Shown here piece by piece: positions 57,207 to 64,000 of a DNA stretch of 64,000 nucleotides. The notes under the pieces are model-generated. The model did not search any database, was not told the DNA's origin, and saw nothing but the letters and a program-made list of their open reading frames with translations. The stretch's first letter is position 1. Every line of letters starts with the position of its first letter. Made by a program: the position numbers and the translations under genes. Origin of the DNA: a virus; the IMG/VR virus record IMGVR_UViG_3300034101_004323, positions 20,088 to 84,087 of that record, one strand, 5' to 3'.

Positions 57207-58157
57207 TTATGGATAAATTTTTATTGTCCAACGAATAACAGAATTATGTAAAGTTGAGGAAATTGTATTCATTTCTGATAATACAGAATTCTGGATAACA
57301 AAAATATTAGATCTATATTTTGAATCATTCATAATTTCGTCATAATATAAGCCATTATTATTAATTTGGCCTTTATTGTTTAGTTTATACACATTATCCT
57401 TAACAACTTGATTAATATCATATAAATATGATTCTCTATCTTTTTGTACTAATAAAATATCTGATATAAAATCTCTTTGAGATGAATTTTCAGTATAAAT
57501 ATGTAATAGCATATCTTGATCTATAATATTATCAACACTACCTAATTGGTATGGAGTTTGAGAAGTTCTTGCTATTGTTTCTATTATTATGCAAGGAAGT
57601 TGCACCCTATGATTGGCCGTAATAATTTGACCTTTATTCTTGCTATTAGCATCAGGATCATATGATAATCTTTGTAATTCTCTCCACCAAGAACATTCAT
57701 GAGCAGTATAAGTTTGAATATATCTATAGCTGTAATTTAATTTAATGTTCATTGATGCTGGTTTGGGAGATGAAAATACTATTTGTCCTAGTGGATAATT
57801 TATATGATAATTATTAGGACTAACTCCTGTTGGACCAGGAACAAATACATTATTTATATAGATTCCAGATATTGGTATCGGACATCTATCACTATGACAT
57901 ACTCCTGTTTCATAAACCCAATCTTTTCTCACACTTTCCCATACTGTATTATTTGTTCGTGCTGGATCCTGTGATGATTTTAGTGATGCAAAATCTCCAT
58001 TGTATAGTCCACTTGTTGGAATATTAACATTAACAAATCCTCCAATTCTTAAAAAACTATAGTCTAGAAAACTTTTAATATTATCTTCTAATTGAGATAT
58101 TGCTGGTCTGTCTGATATATTTTGAACATTATGAAAACCTAAAAACATATTACTCAT
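57207..58157 (-). CDS. Neck/tail-completion protein (putative tail terminator)
   Basis: Directly upstream of the tube gene; VQLPCIIIE...PYQLGS...DMLLHIYTE. Confidence 0.5.
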   Translation of the reverse strand: MSNMFLGFHNVQNISDRPAISQLEDNIKSFLDYSFLRIGGFVNVNIPTSGLYNGDFASLKSSQDPARTNNTVWESVRKDWVYETGVCHSDRCPIPISGIYINNVFVPGPTGVSPNNYHINYPLGQIVFSSPKPASMNIKLNYSYRYIQTYTAHECSWWRELQRLSYDPDANSKNKGQIITANHRVQLPCIIIETIARTSQTPYQLGSVDNIIDQDMLLHIYTENSSQRDFISDILLVQKDRESYLYDINQVVKDNVYKLNNKGQINNNGLYYDEIMNDSKYRSNIFVIQNSVLSEMNTISSTLHNSVIRWTIKIYP

Positions 58158-58798
58158 ATATTTCTCTCTACTATAGATTTAATGGTATTAGTCAGTTCAT
58201 CTTCAACAGACTCTATAGCTCTTGTTGTCCAGTTGTTTCTTTGTGTTCCAACAAATTGAGGAGGAACCCTCCAATTCTTGGAACTACTCACCATAATAGC
58301 GTCTCCTGATCTAGAATTCGGGTTTGGTCCAAATTTAACCTCATAATTTCTTATTATAATATCTGCACCTTTTAGCAATAACCACTCAAGCCAAGGTAAA
58401 GTATAACCTTTATTTTCATCAATAACATTAGCGCTGGGATGGGATAATGCTCCACCAAAAGTATCTGAAGGAATCATTTCTATACTAATACCTCCACTCA
58501 AACCACTATTAATAGTTCTAATTGGTAAAATTTTAACTGAAATGGTTTCAATAAGATTATCAATTACTATATCAACATTATTAACATTTTCTATACCGAA
58601 TTCTTTCCTTAGTTGTCCAGAAATAAGCGATTGATATTCTGGTTGAGACTTTAAAGCTTTCATTATAATCATCTTAATAGACTGTGTTAATGGATTAACA
58701 CTTTTTTGCAAACCAGCCGATATCTGCTTCGTTAAAGAATCTAATATCAAGTTTCTTATTTGAGAATCAGATTCTATTAATGAGACACTCAATTTCAT
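58154..58798 (-). CDS. Putative neck/tail-completion protein
   Basis: LPWLEWLL...SRSGDAIM...WRVPPQFVGT; start placed at ATG 58798, which overlaps the upstream TGA. Confidence 0.5.
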   Translation of the reverse strand: MKLSVSLIESDSQIRNLILDSLTKQISAGLQKSVNPLTQSIKMIIMKALKSQPEYQSLISGQLRKEFGIENVNNVDIVIDNLIETISVKILPIRTINSGLSGGISIEMIPSDTFGGALSHPSANVIDENKGYTLPWLEWLLLKGADIIIRNYEVKFGPNPNSRSGDAIMVSSSKNWRVPPQFVGTQRNNWTTRAIESVEDELTNTIKSIVERNI

Positions 58799-59295
58799 TG
58801 TCTTCTCCATGTGGTTATAATGTAGTCTAGATCTCCTAAACCAGCAGGATTGACGTCTTCTATCCTCTCATATGCTATATTAGCAACACTATCAACATAT
58901 AAAGCATTGGCATTTCTAATGTCTAGCATATAATTTTTATGACAAATAGTTTGTATTGTTCCATCAGGAACATTAACTGTTTTAGTATTTATATTTAAAA
59001 AATATTTGCTATCAAATATTACAGCCAAATAGATCTTTTTAGTCATATTATTATTCTGCTTAGTTCCCATACCCATACATATTGGACAAATAGTATGATC
59101 AGGAAATGCTTGTGGGCCAGTTCCATTGTACAGATTTGACGATGATTTTGTAATCATGTCATAGTTGCAATTATTGCAAAAGTCTGATGATCCATTATTA
59201 AATTTTAACGTGCATGAATTTGTTAATCCATGTGAACTTAAAATTTCATTAATCATAGTCTTATATAGATTTTTAAAATTATTATTAATAATCAT
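58795..59295 (-). CDS. Putative head-closure protein with Zn-binding insert
   Basis: CNNC...CPICMGMG; position in the head-tail joining cluster. Confidence 0.5.
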   Translation of the reverse strand: MIINNNFKNLYKTMINEILSSHGLTNSCTLKFNNGSSDFCNNCNYDMITKSSSNLYNGTGPQAFPDHTICPICMGMGTKQNNNMTKKIYLAVIFDSKYFLNINTKTVNVPDGTIQTICHKNYMLDIRNANALYVDSVANIAYERIEDVNPAGLGDLDYIITTWRRQ

Positions 59296-59495
59296 GATGA
59301 ATAAATAATTCCAATAGGATCTGACTCTTGGGATATTGACACTATAGTTTCTTGGTTTTCTAATTTAGAACTACCAGAATATGATCGCTTTTGCAGTATA
59401 ATAATGCCATTTTTTTCTGTTTTAACTATTCCGTCTTCTACAAAAGCATTAAGATATTTAGAATCTACAGACTCTGTTGTTATTTGTATTTTCAT
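59292..59495 (-). CDS. Hypothetical protein (67 aa)
   Basis: Fills the gap, with ATGA coupling to the next gene. Confidence 0.55.
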   Translation of the reverse strand: MKIQITTESVDSKYLNAFVEDGIVKTEKNGIIILQKRSYSGSSKLENQETIVSISQESDPIGIIYSS

Positions 59496-59500
59496 ATGAT

Positions 59501-60583
59501 TTAAGCCTCATATGGTGGCGGCTCATATGTTACGACCATATGCCATCCAGATATGCTACCAGATGACCCCAGATCTTCATCTTTAATTATTAAGGACCAG
59601 TCGCCAGGATAACTATAACCAACGAGTCCTGTGATAGATATTGTAAGATCTTCGTAATTAATATTATCTAAACTAAATCTATATGATGGTCTTTTGTCTA
59701 AAATATTTAAATAATAATCGTCGTTATTTCTATTATTTAGATATATTCCGGATATTGCTTTATTAGAAAATGCAAAACTTAGCCCATTTAAAGTATTATA
59801 ATTATTAATTTTATTATGGCTAGATAATAGTATTTTTTGCCCAGATGGAGGAACAAGGACCATTGAAAGATCCTGAGGATTATTATGAGTTAATTTGTCT
59901 ATAGAAATTTCTATATTAGTTATTATGCCAGTATCTAGAACAGAAATAGTTCCGCTACTAACTCCCATATCTGGTATGCTAAAACCTGATCCAGAATAAA
60001 GTTTCGCAAACATGTCCATTCCTTGACATAAATATCCACAAAAATCCTCTTGTATAATATTACATGGTGAACTGATCGTTGGGGTTGGAGTTGGAGTTGG
60101 ATTATCTCCTGTTGGAGCAATGCCACCACCACCTGTTCCTGTTGATGCTATAGAAAATCCATTACTATCTTCACATAAAATATCACCACAACTTGCACAA
60201 CTTCTACTGGTACTTCCAGAAATACAATCAGAAAAATTATTTTTTATAATCTCAATACGACCTGTGGATATCCTAATATTTTGTGAGTTCTGTCCTGCTA
60301 AACCAATATCAAGATCATAAATAGCAGAATCAAACGTAAAATCTTTAGTGCTTGATGCTGGTAAATTCCATATAATGTATCCTGATGTATTAGATGTTAA
60401 ACTATAATTACCGCATCCGGCTGAACTACTATATAACCTTACTGTATTATTATTATCTTTTAGCCTTAATCTAATACAATAATTACTTACATCTATAGGA
60501 TTGCTGTTGTTGTCCAGATATTGAAATGTTATCTGGAAATCTGATCCTTGTTCTATATAAAAATTGTATGTTGCTGCTGCCAT
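59501..60583 (-). CDS. Virion decoration protein: N-terminal beta-sandwich + PT linker + proprotein-convertase P-domain
   Basis: YNFYIEQGSDF...PIDVSNY...AIYDLDI...GRIEII; PTPTPTPT; ITNIEISI..LTH...DLSMVLVPPSG...GDWSLIIKD...GSISGW. Confidence 0.7.
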   Translation of the reverse strand: MAAATYNFYIEQGSDFQITFQYLDNNSNPIDVSNYCIRLRLKDNNNTVRLYSSSAGCGNYSLTSNTSGYIIWNLPASSTKDFTFDSAIYDLDIGLAGQNSQNIRISTGRIEIIKNNFSDCISGSTSRSCASCGDILCEDSNGFSIASTGTGGGGIAPTGDNPTPTPTPTISSPCNIIQEDFCGYLCQGMDMFAKLYSGSGFSIPDMGVSSGTISVLDTGIITNIEISIDKLTHNNPQDLSMVLVPPSGQKILLSSHNKINNYNTLNGLSFAFSNKAISGIYLNNRNNDDYYLNILDKRPSYRFSLDNINYEDLTISITGLVGYSYPGDWSLIIKDEDLGSSGSISGWHMVVTYEPPPYEA

Positions 60584-60591
60584 AGTATTTC

Positions 60592-61104
60592 CTAGAAAAA
60601 TTCTCTCATGGTGTTATAGTTACTTCTTAGCATATCTGGAGTAAAATTATTGCCAACAAAAGGACTAAGAACAGCTTTAGCAACTGTTGCTTGAGAAAGA
60701 TCCCAGTGTGCTGTTAATTCGTCATATGATGCACAAGGACCGTTCGCCAATAATACTTTTAATCCTTCCATACCTCCACCAACACTTAAACTAGCTGGAC
60801 CTAATGCTGCTCTAACTCCGTCCATAGCAGCTTTTGTTCGAATAGCACTTTGATCAATAAAACATGCCGCCTTTAATGCCACTAATCCTGTAAAAAGTTC
60901 ATCTTTGTTATCAACAGGATCAGGAGATATTGATAAATTTGATACATTAATAGCATATATAACATCTAATGAAACATCAAACTGCACATATTTTGCAGCT
61001 ACTGTTATCACCTGTAGTAATCTGTCATCGCTATATTGTTGCTCTTCTCCAAAATCATTGATTAAAATTCTAACCATAGTGGGTAATTCTATTTGCCATG
61101 ACAT
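60592..61104 (-). CDS. Putative head-tail adaptor protein
   Basis: VRILIND...YSDDRL N-terminus typical of adaptor proteins; first gene of the neck cluster. Confidence 0.55.
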   Translation of the reverse strand: MSWQIELPTMVRILINDFGEEQQYSDDRLLQVITVAAKYVQFDVSLDVIYAINVSNLSISPDPVDNKDELFTGLVALKAACFIDQSAIRTKAAMDGVRAALGPASLSVGGGMEGLKVLLANGPCASYDELTAHWDLSQATVAKAVLSPFVGNNFTPDMLRSNYNTMREFF

Positions 61105-61141
61105 AATACGGCCTTTTATAAATGGTTTATGCTATATTTAT

Positions 61142-61151
61142 ATTATACACC
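61142..61151 (-). promoter_or_regulatory. Candidate late-promoter motif GGTGTATAAT
   Basis: Intergenic, 38 nt upstream of the adaptor ATG; includes TATAAT. Confidence 0.5.
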
Positions 61152-61161
61152 CACAATAGTA

Positions 61162-61497
61162 TTATGGATTACCACTTGATGGAAGTATAGTTACTGTGCC
61201 ATCTTCATTCATTGTAAATTGGCCAATAACAGATGCTCCAATGGCAATATCTGCTGGATTAACAGTGGATATTAATTGACCTAATTGATAATGTAATTCA
61301 AATAATTGTTTAGCATCATTTCCCAAAGCTGCTGATAGTTGTTCTGGAGTAGCATTAGGATTATTCCAGAACATTTTTGACCCTCTATTGAAAGTATTTA
61401 CCATGTTAAGATATACGTTTTTAGCTTGCGTTTTTAATGCTTGTGCTATTTGTTCTGGTTGGGCGGGCAGTTGTTTAGGACTAAAATCTAGTGGCAT
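61162..61497 (-). CDS. Hypothetical protein (111 aa)
   Basis: AAGGAG SD upstream; overlaps the sulfotransferase stop. Confidence 0.7.
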   Translation of the reverse strand: MPLDFSPKQLPAQPEQIAQALKTQAKNVYLNMVNTFNRGSKMFWNNPNATPEQLSAALGNDAKQLFELHYQLGQLISTVNPADIAIGASVIGQFTMNEDGTVTILPSSGNP

Positions 61498-62219
61498 AAT
61501 AGTTCTCCTTGTTGAATAGTTAATTGACCATGTTCTTTTACGCTATTAAAGAGTATGATATCTTTTTCATAGTATTTTTCTATTTGTGACTTTTGTTCTT
61601 CTGATAGTATTGGTTTGGTTCTTTTTGCCTTGTTAGCTACTAAGGATTTATTCTCATTTATTCCTATAAACTTCAAACAGTCTCTTAAATTATCAGGAAA
61701 GTTAAAGACATAAGTTTCTCTTTGAATATATTTATGCTGATGAAAGAAATGCACATCGTCTCTTAAGTATCCAAATCGTTTAAAATCTCTTACTGGTAAT
61801 CCTTGATCTATTCTATTTTGTCTAGTTTCTAGCTTTTTAGCATTTATTTTTTCTAAATTAGCTAGTTGGTTCGATACTTCAATATCTTCTCTTGTTCGGA
61901 GAAAAGCGCTATCATTTACTAAAGAATCTATTGCTTTATCTATATCTTCAAATTTAATTGCTATTTGCTGACAAGCAGTAATAAATCGATCAACTGGATT
62001 TCGTACCATTAATATTATAGGTTTATCTGGAGTTGTTGATCCGGGACACATCCAGTGCCATTGTTTTTGGCTTTCATCAATACCATTAGGAAATCTTGCA
62101 TAAACTATTTTTTGATGTTCTTTTGGATAAAACTCTTTAATGATCAATCGAGCCATAGTTGATGAGCCAACTTTAGCATTAAGAGCAACGCTATAATTAG
62201 GAGTAGTATAATAATACAT
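61488..62219 (-). CDS. Sulfotransferase-family protein (Sulfotransfer_2-like)
   Basis: 5'-PSB-like NAKVGSSTM, 3'-PB-like VRNPVDRFITA, HFFHQ, terminal IEKYYEKDIILF. Confidence 0.7.
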   Translation of the reverse strand: MYYYTTPNYSVALNAKVGSSTMARLIIKEFYPKEHQKIVYARFPNGIDESQKQWHWMCPGSTTPDKPIILMVRNPVDRFITACQQIAIKFEDIDKAIDSLVNDSAFLRTREDIEVSNQLANLEKINAKKLETRQNRIDQGLPVRDFKRFGYLRDDVHFFHQHKYIQRETYVFNFPDNLRDCLKFIGINENKSLVANKAKRTKPILSEEQKSQIEKYYEKDIILFNSVKEHGQLTIQQGELLCH

Positions 62220-64000
62220 TATGGATAAGTGGTTAGTTGTGAAACTGGCGGGGTAAAGTTTGAAGAATAAATTGCTGCCCCTCTAATTATTCTAAGATCA
62301 TCAATGTATGCATTAGTTGTCTGACTCAATCCATAAGTGGCACCTATTTTTATTTTATAAGGCCCAGCTGGAGTTGGTTGAGTAGCAGAACTTACAAGAG
62401 TACCATTTATAAAAAGTTTTTTAACGCTATTTTTAGAAACACAAGCAACATGATACCATTGAGTAGCTCCAACTGTTCCGCCAGCAGTAGCATCAGTTTG
62501 ACCATCATTAAATCGTATCTCATTGCTAGTATATAAGTAAATATTTACTCCAACCGTTGAGCTTCCATTAGAAAGATTAATCACTCCTTCATAAGCAGCA
62601 GTTGCTGTTGGTCGATATATCCAAAACTCAATAGTATAATCAACTTGTGATAAATCTGGAATTACAAATGATGAATTACCAATATTTCCGCCATTAAACG
62701 ATAATGATGCGCTTCCATATTGTTTAATTGATGTGGAAAAAGCTGGACTTCCTCCTAATCCTGATACTGATATATTTTGTGACGATGAGTCTGTGTAGTT
62801 ACTATTTAAATTTAATAATAATGTTGTATATGGTGCTATCGACCCATAAACCGTGTATCCTTTGGTTGTTGCTATGCTAGGATCATCAGAATCACCACCA
62901 GTATTGTCACTAACATCTATGGTTCCGTCTCCATTCAATAAGTCTGTATAAATTTGATTTAGTGATGATGAATCTAAAAGATTTGAACTAACATCTAAAC
63001 GGTACTCAACTCCGGGAATTCCAGGGATATAAGTCCATCTACTATAATAGTAGGGGTAACCAACATAACCATATTGACTATATCCAGCAGTTGCTGGTCC
63101 AACAATAAATCTTGAATAAAAAGGTCGTACTGAAGTTAAATTATTATTTGAAACGTCAACATTGTAAAAATATCCGTCTAAAGATCCGTTTGATGTTGAC
63201 GGATAAATTGTTATACTTTGATTTCCTCCAATTGAAGCTTTGCTAAAATTAGTTCCACTAACATAAGTACTTTTTGTTCCGTCCCACCAGTTAACAGTAT
63301 AATAGCCACTTGAGGTGGTTATATTACCAGTTATATTTCCACTAGACTTTGTGCTAACCATAACTATATGATTATATAATTTTGGTGGTATAGTAGAATT
63401 TGACGATAATAAAACAGGTATAGGACTAAAATAATCAACTTGATAAAGTGCTATTCCTTTTGTTATTCTAAATTCATCAATATAGCCTGAGAATTGCTCA
63501 GTTGAGCCTGTTGCAACATTACCTATTGTAATCGATCCACTAATACTATTTGGAAAAGATACAGATTCTAATAAACTGCCATTTAGATATAATTTTAAGT
63601 TTCCATTAAATCTAACTAATGATATATGCACCCATTCATTACGAGGACAAAGAATGCCATGGTAGCCCTGCAAGACATAATCTGATACACTAGTATCATA
63701 TGTAAACATACCTCTACTATTATCATGCAACCATAAGGTATGAGAACCAATTTTAAATATTCCTGGTTGGGCCGCCGTATTGCTCTCGGTATTGAACACC
63801 CAGAGTTCTACTGTAAAGTCTTCATTATAAGCAATATTAATAGTATTGGTGGTTATAACATAACCATACTCTGGAATATATGCGCTAGTATTTCCTACCT
63901 TACTTTGAGTGGTACTAATTACTGCTCCATTATATGAGGTTAAAGTCATTGCTTGAGAACTACTATCAGTAAAAGTAGTACTATTATTACTTCCATCAAA
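62219..64000 (-). CDS. LamG/concanavalin-A-like repeat virion protein, 5' end beyond the window
   Basis: Two LamG domains (DFTVELW...WVHISLVR...GYIDEFRITKG; DYTIEFW...WYHVACV...YIDDLRIIRG). The frame is open to 64000 (FDGSNNSTTFTDSS), so ATG 63949 is probably internal. Confidence 0.85.
   Translation of the reverse strand, partial: FDGSNNSTTFTDSSSQAMTLTSYNGAVISTTQSKVGNTSAYIPEYGYVITTNTINIAYNEDFTVELWVFNTESNTAAQPGIFKIGSHTLWLHDNSRGMFTYDTSVSDYVLQGYHGILCPRNEWVHISLVRFNGNLKLYLNGSLLESVSFPNSISGSITIGNVATGSTEQFSGYIDEFRITKGIALYQVDYFSPIPVLLSSNSTIPPKLYNHIVMVSTKSSGNITGNITTSSGYYTVNWWDGTKSTYVSGTNFSKASIGGNQSITIYPSTSNGSLDGYFYNVDVSNNNLTSVRPFYSRFIVGPATAGYSQYGYVGYPYYYSRWTYIPGIPGVEYRLDVSSNLLDSSSLNQIYTDLLNGDGTIDVSDNTGGDSDDPSIATTKGYTVYGSIAPYTTLLLNLNSNYTDSSSQNISVSGLGGSPAFSTSIKQYGSASLSFNGGNIGNSSFVIPDLSQVDYTIEFWIYRPTATAAYEGVINLSNGSSTVGVNIYLYTSNEIRFNDGQTDATAGGTVGATQWYHVACVSKNSVKKLFINGTLVSSATQPTPAGPYKIKIGATYGLSQTTNAYIDDLRIIRGAAIYSSNFTPPVSQLTTYP

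Larger units (their letters stand above)
1..64000. mobile_element. Segment of a large tailed bacteriophage genome (replication arm on +, virion arm on -)
   Basis: Densely packed, translationally coupled genes. Phage-type replication set plus tape measure, tube and fibre genes. No host housekeeping genes or integrase in the window. Confidence 0.95.

Noticed and set aside
56044-61104. Contractile tail sheath gene
   Set aside because: No ORF of sheath size or motif lies between the neck genes and the tube gene, so the organisation looks non-contractile.
1889-63937. Numerous 60-160 aa antisense or alternate-frame ORFs in the track (e.g. 8964..9335, 48787..49269, 53245..53568)
   Set aside because: They are shadows of long, well-supported genes, with no recognisable motifs or initiation signals.

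Overview
This is a 64-kb AT-rich segment of a large tailed-phage (Caudoviricetes) genome with two convergent arms that meet at abutting stop codons (17821/17822). The + arm (1-17821) is a replication, recombination and modification module. It encodes DnaB, DnaG-like primase, dNMP kinase, a Cas4/AddB-like nuclease with an apparent ATT start, a DnaE polymerase split into separate genes around a DEDDh exonuclease, SSB under a consensus sigma70 promoter, a glycosyltransferase-type operon, a Vsr-like endonuclease and a putative annealing protein. The - arm (17822-64000) is a virion morphogenesis module with no recognisable sheath gene: probable neck proteins, tail tube, a 4228-aa tape measure protein, three 2000-2400-aa tail proteins, a sulfotransferase and a LamG fibre cut by the window edge. 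The most notable signals are: (1) the DnaE PHP motif is broken by a 9-nt in-frame insert containing TAA (LHVHS*VTHYSLLDG) inside a stem-loop, suggesting programmed recoding or a peptide-complemented polymerase; (2) the tape measure protein carries HAD, PD-(D/E)XK-like and GNAT-like domains between repeated delimiter motifs; (3) a tail-region protein contains an AcrB/RND docking-domain-like segment; (4) a tail fibre carries a circularly permuted FGE/C-type-lectin domain. No tRNA, rRNA or CRISPR array was seen. All family calls are motif recognition by eye, not database searches.
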